A DNA stretch of 29,653 nt from the NCBI GenBank assembly GCA_002366615.1, contig DFBL01000023.1, positions 1 through 29,653 on the forward strand, read 5' to 3'. Positions 16,515 to 24,959 of the stretch are shown one piece after another. Position 1 is the stretch's first letter. Every line of letters begins with the position of its first letter. Source of the DNA: Candidatus Dojkabacteria bacterium UBA3081. GTDB lineage: Bacteria > Patescibacteriota > Dojkabacteria > SC72. The notes beneath the pieces were generated by a model. It was not told where the DNA came from. It did not search any database and saw only the letters and a list, made by a program, of their open reading frames with translations. A program made the position numbers and the translations under genes.

Positions 16515-19367
16515 TTATAGTTTTTTTAACCAAGCTCCAGTATAGCTTTTAGGATTTTTAATAATTTCATTTACACTACCTTGAGCAATTATCTCTCCTC
16601 CCTTATCTCCACCCTCTGGTCCCAAGTCAATAATCCAGTCCGCAAATTTTATTACTTCCAAATTATGTTCAATCACTATTACAGTGTTACCCTTAGAGAC
16701 TAATTTTTTAAGTAATGTAAGTAGCTTATCAATATCATAGAAGTGTAATCCTGTAGTAGGTTCATCTAGAAGATATACTGTTTGTCCTGTAGTACGTTTT
16801 GAGAGCTCTTTAGCTAATTTTATTCTTTGAGATTCTCCCCCAGAAAGTGTTAGAGAAGACTGTCCGAGTTTAATATATCCAAGACCTACATCTTCTAATA
16901 CCTTAAGTTTTCTTTTTATATATGGAATATCTTTGAAAAAGGTTAGGGCCTGTTCTACTGTCATATCTAAGATATTTGCAATGTTTTTCCCTTTATAGTC
17001 TATACTTAAAGCTTCGTTGTTATACCTTTTTCCGTTACATTCATCACAGGTAATATACATATCGGGAAGAAATTGCATCTCTACTTTTATTTCTCCATCT
17101 CCCTTACATTTTTCGCATCTTCCTCCTTTAACATTAAAACTAAATCTACCAGGTTTATATCCTCTTGCTCTTGCCTCTTTTGTTTGAGCAAAGAGATTTC
17201 TAATATATGTAAATATTCCTGTATATGTTGCTGGATTAGATCTAGGGGTTTTACCTATCGGTTTTTGATCAATTCCTACTACTTTGTCTACCTTATCTAA
17301 TCCTTCAATATTGTCATACTCTCCCTCTATTTGTTTTCCATGCATCTTCCTATTCATTAATACAGGATACAAAGTATCGTTAATCAGAGATGATTTACCA
17401 CTTCCTGAAACCCCTGTAATACAGGTAAAGGTGTTAAGTGGAATATCTAGGGTTACATTTTTTAAATTATTTGTTCTTACACCATTAAGGGATATATATT
17501 CTTTGCTTTTGATATCTAAATTAAGGCTTGGTTCTAATTTCTCTCCTACCCTTAGTTTTTTAGTAAGATATTTCGCTGTTAAGGAGTTAGATTTTTTAAT
17601 ATCTTTAATCTCTCCCTGAGCAACTACTTTACCTCCATGTAAACCTGCTTTGGGTCCGATATCGATTATCCAATCAGACCTTTTCATTGTTTCTTCGTCA
17701 TGTTCTACTACGATTACCGTATTACCAGAATCTCTTAATGATTCGATAGAGAGTAAAAGTTGGTCAAGATCTTTAGGATGAAGACCAACGGAGGGCTCAT
17801 CTAAGACATACAAAACACCTGTTAAGCCAGTACCAATTTGTGAAGCTAGCCTTATTCTTTGTGATTCTCCTCCCGAGAGTGTAGTAGATTTTCTTGAGAG
17901 TGTTATGTAGCTGAGGCCTACACTAACTAGAAATGTTAATCTATTATTTATTTCTTTAATTATGGGTTTTGCAATCTCATTTTTGTTTCCTTTTAGTTGT
18001 AAAGAGGTAAAGTATTTTTTGAGTTTTTCTATTGGTAAATTAGTCAGTTCTATTATATTGTAATCTCCGACCTTTACACTTAGAGAATATGGTTTAAGCC
18101 TGTTACCATTACATATATCACAGGTTTCTTGTGTCATATATTTTTCAATATCGACTCTTCTGTAATCTGAGTTTGTTTCTTTGTACAATCTTTTTAGTTC
18201 ATTAGTCACTCCTTCGTACTGTGTATCATATATTCTTTCTTTACCAAACCTATTTGTATATCTTATTCTGTAATTATCTTTTACTCCTTTGCCAAAGAAT
18301 ATTAAATCAAAAATCTCTTTTGGGTATTTTCCTATGGGTGTTTGTAGATCAAAGTTATGCTCTTTAGCAACACTTTCTAATATTCTTGTTGTCCAAGAAT
18401 CCTTTGTAGTTCTATTTCCCCAAGGAAATATTCCTCCCTCTTTAATAGTTAGACTTGGGTTGTATATTTTGTATACATCTATTTCATTTATATTTCCAAG
18501 TCCAGAGCATTTAGGGCATGCACCCTCTGGAGTATTGAAAGAAAAGGAGGCTGGAGTTAGGTTAGGATATGATATTTGACATTTAAAACAGGTATTTTTC
18601 TCTGAAAAGAAATACTCTTTTTTGTCAATCAGTATCTTTATCTCTCCATCTGAAAGGGAAGAGGCTAATTCCAAAGAGTCTATTAGCCTTTTATTAAAGG
18701 GGTTTTTATCTTCCATCATTTTGTATGTTAATCTGTCTACTACTAAATCTATTGTATGTTTAACATTAGAGTCTATTTTTAAATCCTCTATATCATCTAA
18801 ATGGTAGGTATTTCCATCTATGAATACTCTAGAAAATCCTTTTGAACGTAGTTTATCTAGTAGCGCTGTGTATTCTCCCTTCCTATTTTTGATTAAAGGG
18901 GAAAGTATTTGGAAGTTTTCTTTTTTCTCTCTGATTAATTTTGTAATCTGAACAGAGATTTGTTGAATACTTTGTGATTTAATCTTTTCTCTGCACTTCG
19001 GACAGTAGGCCTGACCAACGTGTCCGAAAAGAAGCCTTAGATATCCATATATTTCTGTTATTGTACCAACTGTAGAGCGAGGATTTGTACCTGTAGTCTT
19101 TTGATCTATCGATATTGCTGGAGAAAGACCAGATATTAGATCTACCTCTGGTTTGTGCATTAAGCCTAAAAACTGCCTAGCATACGAGGAGAGTGATTCT
19201 ACATATCTTCTTTGTCCTTCCGCATATAGGGTATCGAATGCTAACGAAGATTTTCCACTTCCTGATACTCCTGTTATTACTACTAGCTTGTTTTTGGGTA
19301 TATTTAGAGATATATTTTTAAGATTGTGTTCTTTGGCACCTTTTACTGTTATATATTTGCTTTCCAT
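16515..19367 (-). CDS. uvrA: Excinuclease ABC subunit A
   Basis: Two GVSGSGKSS Walker A motifs, two LSGGESQRI signatures, LDEP Walker B motifs, Zn-finger CxxC pairs. Start reassigned to MESKYI (19367) because the upstream ATG (19379) overlaps a TGGTATAAT box. Confidence 0.97.
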   Translation of the reverse strand: MESKYITVKGAKEHNLKNISLNIPKNKLVVITGVSGSGKSSLAFDTLYAEGQRRYVESLSSYARQFLGLMHKPEVDLISGLSPAISIDQKTTGTNPRSTVGTITEIYGYLRLLFGHVGQAYCPKCREKIKSQSIQQISVQITKLIREKKENFQILSPLIKNRKGEYTALLDKLRSKGFSRVFIDGNTYHLDDIEDLKIDSNVKHTIDLVVDRLTYKMMEDKNPFNKRLIDSLELASSLSDGEIKILIDKKEYFFSEKNTCFKCQISYPNLTPASFSFNTPEGACPKCSGLGNINEIDVYKIYNPSLTIKEGGIFPWGNRTTKDSWTTRILESVAKEHNFDLQTPIGKYPKEIFDLIFFGKGVKDNYRIRYTNRFGKERIYDTQYEGVTNELKRLYKETNSDYRRVDIEKYMTQETCDICNGNRLKPYSLSVKVGDYNIIELTNLPIEKLKKYFTSLQLKGNKNEIAKPIIKEINNRLTFLVSVGLSYITLSRKSTTLSGGESQRIRLASQIGTGLTGVLYVLDEPSVGLHPKDLDQLLLSIESLRDSGNTVIVVEHDEETMKRSDWIIDIGPKAGLHGGKVVAQGEIKDIKKSNSLTAKYLTKKLRVGEKLEPSLNLDIKSKEYISLNGVRTNNLKNVTLDIPLNTFTCITGVSGSGKSSLINDTLYPVLMNRKMHGKQIEGEYDNIEGLDKVDKVVGIDQKPIGKTPRSNPATYTGIFTYIRNLFAQTKEARARGYKPGRFSFNVKGGRCEKCKGDGEIKVEMQFLPDMYITCDECNGKRYNNEALSIDYKGKNIANILDMTVEQALTFFKDIPYIKRKLKVLEDVGLGYIKLGQSSLTLSGGESQRIKLAKELSKRTTGQTVYLLDEPTTGLHFYDIDKLLTLLKKLVSKGNTVIVIEHNLEVIKFADWIIDLGPEGGDKGGEIIAQGSVNEIIKNPKSYTGAWLKKL

Positions 19368-19377
19368 GTCAATGGGC

Positions 19378-19386
19378 ATTATACCA
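19378..19386 (-). promoter_or_regulatory. Extended -10 promoter TGGTATAAT for uvrA
   Basis: Exact TG-n-TATAAT on the minus strand, 10 nt before ATG 19367. Confidence 0.65.
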
Positions 19387-19423
19387 CGAAACATATTTGT
19401 TTAGTCCGTTTTCTGGTTAAAGA

Positions 19424-19432
19424 TGGTATAAT
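19424..19432 (+). promoter_or_regulatory. Extended -10 promoter TGGTATAAT for tRNA-Arg(CCT)
   Basis: Exact TG-n-TATAAT 9 nt before the tRNA; divergent from the uvrA promoter. Confidence 0.7.
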
Positions 19433-19441
19433 TTGGAGGTT

Positions 19442-19515
19442 GCACCCGTAGCTCAATTGGATAGAGCAACGCACTCCTAACGCGTAGGTTACTGGTTCGA
19501 TTCCGGTCGGGTGCA
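19442..19515 (+). tRNA. tRNA-Arg, anticodon CCT (no encoded CCA)
   Basis: Acceptor GCACCCG/CGGGTGC, D-loop AATTGGATA, anticodon loop CTCCTAA (CCT at 19476-19478), T-arm ACTGG-TTCGATT-CCGGT. Confidence 0.93.
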
Positions 19516-19545
19516 CTTACATCTATTTCATAATATACTTATTAT

Positions 19546-21147
19546 ATGGAAAATAAAATTACAATTGATCAACTTAAACCACCTGACAGGAAGGATGGAT
19601 ATCCTACACAAACACCTAAGTGGCTAAGGAGAGTTTTAGAATTTATACCAGGTAGTATGATTTGGTTTTTTGTTCTTTCTCCCTTGATTTTTGCACTACT
19701 TGGATGGGAAGATGTTTTTGTCTTCTACATATCATATTTAATAATTTACTGGGTATACAGAGGCATTAAGTTTGTAGTAGGGGTAGCTCTTGGTGTAAAG
19801 AGGATGCACAGGGATATGGATACTGATTTTCTTTCAAAGATTAAAGAGGTTGATAGTGAGAGGTTTGAGGAGCTAGAGTATATATATCTGTGTCCTGTTT
19901 ACAAAGAGGGCTTAGATGTTTTAGAACCATCAATTGAGGCCTGGAGGAAGAGTGATGTTGGAGCAAAGAAAATACATGTAGTTGTTGCAATGGAAGAGAG
20001 AACTGCAAATGAGATTCAGATTCCAAATTTTAAGGAATTAAAAGAGAAGTATGGTGAAGTATTTGCTAGTATGCAGTACTTTGTACACCCAGCGGGTATA
20101 GAGGGGGAGGCTGCTGGGGTAAAGGGGGCAAACATTAATTGGGCAACAAGAGAGTTTGTAAAAGATTTAGAAAGGAAGGGAAAAGATATTCATAACTATT
20201 TACTAGTAACTTGTGATTGTGATTTAAGACCACATCCCAAATATCTATCGGCTATTACTTACAAATATCTTACAGTAGAAGATCCAGATCATAGATATTT
20301 TACAAGTGCTATATATACACTAAACAACAACATATGGAGAGTTCCTGTATTAATCAGAGTTCAATCTACTATGTTAACATTAGTTACAATACACAACTGG
20401 ACTACCGAAAAGTATGAGACTATTCCTTTTTCAAGAAGTGTATTTAGTTCAAAGGCAACCTTTTCATCCTATGTAGTAAATCTTAGGATATTGAAAGAGG
20501 TTCATTTCTGGGATCCCGAATTGGGTATAGATGATACAACTTTCTTTTGGAATGCTGTTGTCAGGTACAAGGGTAATTTTAGAGGGGAGGAGGTATATCT
20601 CCCAAGTACCAGTGATGCTGTCGAAAATGAGACTATGATTAAGTCTTACAAGTCTTTTTACAAGCAGCAACATAGGTGGGGGTGGGGGATTATTATATTT
20701 CCAACAACACTAGCGGCTTTAATATATGCTAAGGATATTCCTTGGAATTGGAAATTTCATATGGTATTTTCAATGGTAAAAAACTACATACTCTTTTTTA
20801 CTGTAGTGTATCTGATGACTGTAGGGTTAGATCTGTTAGGGGTTTTCAGTAATAGATATGCTTATAGTTCTGCATCCTATAATCTACCAACTGCTATGAG
20901 TTTCTTATTAGGGTTGTTAATAGTTTGTAATGGATTCCTAATATATTATAGGAGGAAACTTATTCCTACTCCTAAAGATTGGCCATGGTGGAGACATATA
21001 CTAGATTTTGGAGAAATAGCTTTAATAGCTGTACAAATGTTAAGTTTTGGATTTATTCCATATCTGCAAGCACACACAGAGATGATGTTGGGCAAAGGTT
21101 TTAAGAAGAATTTCTATGCTACGGAGAAAGTAAAAATAAAGAAGTAG
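19546..21147 (+). CDS. Membrane-embedded processive GT2 glycosyltransferase (cellulose-synthase-like)
   Basis: N- and C-terminal TM helices, PVYKE, KGANIN, TCDCD (DxD), GIDD, KQQHRWGWG (QxxRW); TATACT 6 nt upstream. Confidence 0.85.
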   Translation: MENKITIDQLKPPDRKDGYPTQTPKWLRRVLEFIPGSMIWFFVLSPLIFALLGWEDVFVFYISYLIIYWVYRGIKFVVGVALGVKRMHRDMDTDFLSKIKEVDSERFEELEYIYLCPVYKEGLDVLEPSIEAWRKSDVGAKKIHVVVAMEERTANEIQIPNFKELKEKYGEVFASMQYFVHPAGIEGEAAGVKGANINWATREFVKDLERKGKDIHNYLLVTCDCDLRPHPKYLSAITYKYLTVEDPDHRYFTSAIYTLNNNIWRVPVLIRVQSTMLTLVTIHNWTTEKYETIPFSRSVFSSKATFSSYVVNLRILKEVHFWDPELGIDDTTFFWNAVVRYKGNFRGEEVYLPSTSDAVENETMIKSYKSFYKQQHRWGWGIIIFPTTLAALIYAKDIPWNWKFHMVFSMVKNYILFFTVVYLMTVGLDLLGVFSNRYAYSSASYNLPTAMSFLLGLLIVCNGFLIYYRRKLIPTPKDWPWWRHILDFGEIALIAVQMLSFGFIPYLQAHTEMMLGKGFKKNFYATEKVKIKK

Positions 21148-22725
21148 CTAGTGAATAGAGTATAAGTAGATAGAGATATCAGAAAGCTCCTCGTTAATAT
21201 TTCCTGTTAGAGATATGGTTATCAACTCATTACTTGAGTTAGTTACATCAAAGTAAAGGAGGGAATTAGTTTCGTCCAGTATTCTTGCCTCGTTATCTCC
21301 ATCTTTGTCAGATATATATACTGCAGTTTCTTTAGAATATATTACATAGGAAAAATTTGAAAGCCATGATATGTTAGATACTTTCTTTCCTAAGTTATCT
21401 ATCTTTTTAGCTCCAATAGTAGTTGTATGATCTCCATCCTCTTTAAAGAAAGTAAAGACCCAGTATCCACTTGTGTCTTTAAATATTAGTTTATTGTTAT
21501 CAGGCGAGATCTCTACTAGTTGCGAAGGGTATGAAGAGATTAGGTGATACTTTTTTGTATCAAGATTATACCAGTATGAGGATGTTTCTGTTTGTATATA
21601 TATACCCTTTGCATTTTGATTAACATCAAAGGACTCAATTGCACCAACGCTTTTGGTACTCTCTGGAGAATTTGTGAATGGAGCATATTTTCCTGAGCCT
21701 GTATCATCTCTATATCTCTTTATATATTCTGTATCTGTTTGAAAGTAGAGGTCTTGAACTAAGGTTTTAGGGGATGAGCCATCCATAAGCTCTACGGTTA
21801 GGAGGTAGGAATGGATATTTTCAGAGATGTTTTGGGTATTTGTTTCGACTTTATAAAAAACCCCCTGCTCATCAGTATTCCAAAGATACTGGCTCTCAGG
21901 TGATTTTTTAAGTAAAAGATACCTTGTTTGTTTAGTTATATCGAAGGATACTAAATCACTATCAGATTCAAACATCAAATATTTGTTGTCTTTAGACCAA
22001 GTCATTTCGTATGAAGAAAAGGCTGAGATATTGAGGATACTTAATTGGTCAAGTGTTAGTATCTTTGAGGAGTCAAGTAAGTAGCTATTTGTACTATCGG
22101 GGGTGGTTATCGTTAGTACCCCAAGTGTTCCACTAGGTGAAAGGGAGAGTAGTACTTCTGGTTGCTCTAAGCTTTCAAATGTAAGAACTACTCTTGGGTT
22201 ACTGTTTAAGTCCCAAAAGGTTGTGTTTAGATCAAACCTGTAAAGGGAGTAGAGATATTTCTGTCCGATAGCATCGTACTCATTGATTAAGAAATATGTA
22301 TGGTCCTTATATTTACTTGTCCAGCTATTAATATAATTTTTACCCTCTAATGAAAAGATTTCTTGTCCTTGTATATCCTCTTTTATTAACCATGGATATA
22401 CTGGGGTAGATTTCTCATCCTTTATTTCAACACTCTTTTTCCACTCTAAATATCCACTTCTGTATACAGAGATATTGTATACGCCTATTGGTAGGCTAAC
22501 ACTTTTAGGTGTTCTGCCTTTTTCAGCTCCATCGACGTATACCGTAGCTAAGAAAGGCTCTGATTCTACTGTTACTACTCCCGTTTTTATAAAGAATTGA
22601 TTAATATCTCCCACTCTCCAGCCATTTGCATAGAAGTATATTGCAACAGCACCTATATATACAAAAAGGGAAGCTAGAAGAGAAATTAAAGAGAAACTTT
22701 TTCTATTAAAATCTGTCTTGCTCAT
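21148..22725 (-). CDS. PEGA-domain membrane-anchored protein with probable beta-propeller-like C-terminal region
   Basis: TM helix ending YFYANGWR, then GVVTVESEPFLATVYVDG...RTP...LPIGVYNISVYRSGYLEWKK (PEGA); beta-rich repeats such as LSLSPSG, MTWSKDNKYL, ISPDNNKL, ISWLSN. Confidence 0.8.
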   Translation of the reverse strand: MSKTDFNRKSFSLISLLASLFVYIGAVAIYFYANGWRVGDINQFFIKTGVVTVESEPFLATVYVDGAEKGRTPKSVSLPIGVYNISVYRSGYLEWKKSVEIKDEKSTPVYPWLIKEDIQGQEIFSLEGKNYINSWTSKYKDHTYFLINEYDAIGQKYLYSLYRFDLNTTFWDLNSNPRVVLTFESLEQPEVLLSLSPSGTLGVLTITTPDSTNSYLLDSSKILTLDQLSILNISAFSSYEMTWSKDNKYLMFESDSDLVSFDITKQTRYLLLKKSPESQYLWNTDEQGVFYKVETNTQNISENIHSYLLTVELMDGSSPKTLVQDLYFQTDTEYIKRYRDDTGSGKYAPFTNSPESTKSVGAIESFDVNQNAKGIYIQTETSSYWYNLDTKKYHLISSYPSQLVEISPDNNKLIFKDTSGYWVFTFFKEDGDHTTTIGAKKIDNLGKKVSNISWLSNFSYVIYSKETAVYISDKDGDNEARILDETNSLLYFDVTNSSNELITISLTGNINEELSDISIYLYSIH

Positions 22726-22733
22726 TGTTCTCT

Positions 22734-22742
22734 AGTATATCA
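22734..22742 (-). promoter_or_regulatory. Extended -10 promoter TGATATACT for the PEGA gene
   Basis: TG-n-TATACT on the minus strand, 8 nt before ATG 22725. Confidence 0.6.
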
Positions 22743-22761
22743 CACATTATCCCATTTTTAT

Positions 22762-22770
22762 TGGTATAAT
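22762..22770 (+). promoter_or_regulatory. Extended -10 promoter TGGTATAAT for mreB
   Basis: Exact TG-n-TATAAT 5 nt before ATG 22776. Confidence 0.65.
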
Positions 22771-22775
22771 TAGTG

Positions 22776-23783
22776 ATGTTAGGAAAGAAATTAGGTGTTG
22801 ATTTAGGCACCGCAAATTCAATTGTTTTTGTACAGGGAGAGGGTATCTCTTTTGTTGAACCTACTGTTGTTGCAATAGATGTAAATACATTTAAAGTTAT
22901 TGCTGTTGGTACCCAGGCTAAAAAGATGATAGGGAAGACTCCAGAGAACATTATTGCTAAAAGGCCCCTAAAGGATGGTGTTATTGCTGATTCGAGGGTT
23001 ACAGAGGCTTTACTTAAGTATTTTTTTAACAAAGCCCTTGGTAAGTCTAGGGTATTTAAGCCTGATGTGGTAATAAGTGTACCTGCAGGAATTACTACTG
23101 TAGAACAAAGAGCCGTTATAAAAGCAGCAAATAATGCAGGTGCAAGACAGATTACTATGTTACCTGAGCCATTGCTTGCTGCATTAGGTGCAGGCTTACC
23201 TATAGAGACATCTTCAGGGAATATGATAGTTAATCTAGGAGGAGGTACAGCAGAAGTAGCAGTACTATCTTTGGATGGTATTGTAGAGTACGAGTCATTA
23301 AGAGTAGCAGGAGATGCAATTAATGATGCAATTATCAACTTTATGAAAAAGAAGAAGGGGGTATTAATAGGGGAACAGACAGCTGAAAATATTAAGATTA
23401 GGATAGGTTCTGCAATAGATATTAGAAATCCTAAGAGTATGGAAGTAAGGGGTAGAGATTTTGGTGCAGGATTACCTAAAGCCATTACCATAAATTCAAA
23501 TGATGTAGCAACTGCGGTAAAAAGATCTCTACTTAGTATAATTGGGAGTATAAAGAGTGTATTAGAGAGGACTCCTCCTGAACTTTCTGCCGATATAATG
23601 GATAGGGGTATTACTATGAGTGGTGGTACATCTAAATTGAGGAATTTAGATAAGCTTTTTGCAAAGGCTATTGGTGTACCAGCATATGTTGCAGATGAAC
23701 CGATGTATTGTGTTGCGAATGGAACTGGTATAGCATTAGAATTAATGGCAACAGGTGAAAGAGTTTTTGTGTTTAATAAGTAA
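22776..23783 (+). CDS. mreB: Rod shape-determining protein MreB/Mbl-family actin homolog
   Basis: GVDLGTANS, EPTVVA, RPLKDGVIAD, SVPAGITTVEQRAV, EPLLAALGAG, AENIKIRIG, VLERTPPELSADI, SGGTSKL; ATG 22776 preferred to GTG 22773 for promoter spacing. Confidence 0.93.
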   Translation: MLGKKLGVDLGTANSIVFVQGEGISFVEPTVVAIDVNTFKVIAVGTQAKKMIGKTPENIIAKRPLKDGVIADSRVTEALLKYFFNKALGKSRVFKPDVVISVPAGITTVEQRAVIKAANNAGARQITMLPEPLLAALGAGLPIETSSGNMIVNLGGGTAEVAVLSLDGIVEYESLRVAGDAINDAIINFMKKKKGVLIGEQTAENIKIRIGSAIDIRNPKSMEVRGRDFGAGLPKAITINSNDVATAVKRSLLSIIGSIKSVLERTPPELSADIMDRGITMSGGTSKLRNLDKLFAKAIGVPAYVADEPMYCVANGTGIALELMATGERVFVFNK

Positions 23784-23801
23784 ATTAAACAGTTTAGAGA
23801 T

Positions 23802-24959
23802 ATGTTTTCAAAATCAGGAAAAGCACAGATGAGATTAGAGGATGTTACTAAGTATCTTTCTAAACTTAGAATACCTACAGGCTTAGTTTTTACACCAACG
23901 AATTTAGAGCAGGAGAAAGAGAAATTCTTTAATTCTGATATATATGAACCTCAGTTTGAGTATAGAAGAACTAAAAACAGTAATGCTCAGATATTAAAAG
24001 AGCTTTCCTCTTTAAAAACTATCTCTGATGTTGATCCTCGTATTTCAAATTTTTACGTTGAATTAATAGCTTCTAAAGAGGAGTCTCATAGGCTAATGAA
24101 TGCAGTAGGTAATAATGAGCTTGTTAGTGAGATTTCATATCATAGGTATGGAAAAACATCTCCTTTACTTTTTAGAAATGCTTCTAGAGTTTTAAGAAAC
24201 AGGGTTAGTGGATACAATATTGTTAAATATCCCTCTAGACAAGCGAACCAGATGCTTGGATATGAAGAGATAGAGAGGGTTTTCAATACAGTTTTTGATG
24301 GTTTTGGTATACAAGGGTGGAAGGTTAAACCTTCTAAAGGTATAGCCAAAAATGGAGCTAAGGTAGGTGTTAAGAGTAGATGGGTATTACTGGATCCTAA
24401 CATTAAACGTTCAAAATTTAGATTAAAGAAAACTTTAGTCCATGAAGTAGGTACTCATGTGCTTAGAGCTGTTAATGGAGAGCAGACAGGTTTTGAGGCT
24501 CTATCAAGAGCTAACTTACCAAGCTATCTTGATATTGAGGAAGGATTGGCAACTTGGAACGAAGAGAATATGAATTTACTAACAAAGAAGTGGTTAAAGA
24601 GTAAAGCTGCAATGGTATGGGCTATATATATTGGTGAGAGAATGACTTTCAGGCAACTGTATAATAGTTTGTTGGGTGTTATTCCAAAAAAGTCAGCTTT
24701 TAATACAGCTTACAGAGTAAAAAGAGGACTAGAGGATACTAGTTATCCAGGTATATACACTAGAGATGTTGTGTATTTCAGAGGGTATAGGAGAGTAAAA
24801 AAGAAACTTGAGAAAGATAAATCAATGTATGAGAAGCTTTATGCAGGGAAAATAGATTTTAAGCAGTGTAGATGGGTAGATGAAGGATTATTACCTAAAG
24901 CAAAGATAGTACCAACTCAAGAGAAATGGAATGAGATATTTAAAAAGGCCGGTATTTAA
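23802..24959 (+). CDS. DUF1704 (MATCAP/QEGLA-like) zinc metallopeptidase
   Basis: VHEVGTHVLR (HExxxH), IEEGLA, RVKRG, YTRDVVYFRGY, LYAGKI. Confidence 0.85.
   Translation: MFSKSGKAQMRLEDVTKYLSKLRIPTGLVFTPTNLEQEKEKFFNSDIYEPQFEYRRTKNSNAQILKELSSLKTISDVDPRISNFYVELIASKEESHRLMNAVGNNELVSEISYHRYGKTSPLLFRNASRVLRNRVSGYNIVKYPSRQANQMLGYEEIERVFNTVFDGFGIQGWKVKPSKGIAKNGAKVGVKSRWVLLDPNIKRSKFRLKKTLVHEVGTHVLRAVNGEQTGFEALSRANLPSYLDIEEGLATWNEENMNLLTKKWLKSKAAMVWAIYIGERMTFRQLYNSLLGVIPKKSAFNTAYRVKRGLEDTSYPGIYTRDVVYFRGYRRVKKKLEKDKSMYEKLYAGKIDFKQCRWVDEGLLPKAKIVPTQEKWNEIFKKAGI

Noticed and set aside
19389-19402. AAACA-TATT-TGTTT inverted repeat upstream of uvrA as an SOS box
   Set aside because: Does not match GAAC-N4-GTTC or CTGT-N8-ACAG; 5-bp AT-rich arms are expected by chance.
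22706-23491. 261-aa antisense ORF over mreB
   Set aside because: Ser/Ala/Pro/Thr-rich shadow frame of a conserved gene, no domain signal, and it would run through both divergent promoters.
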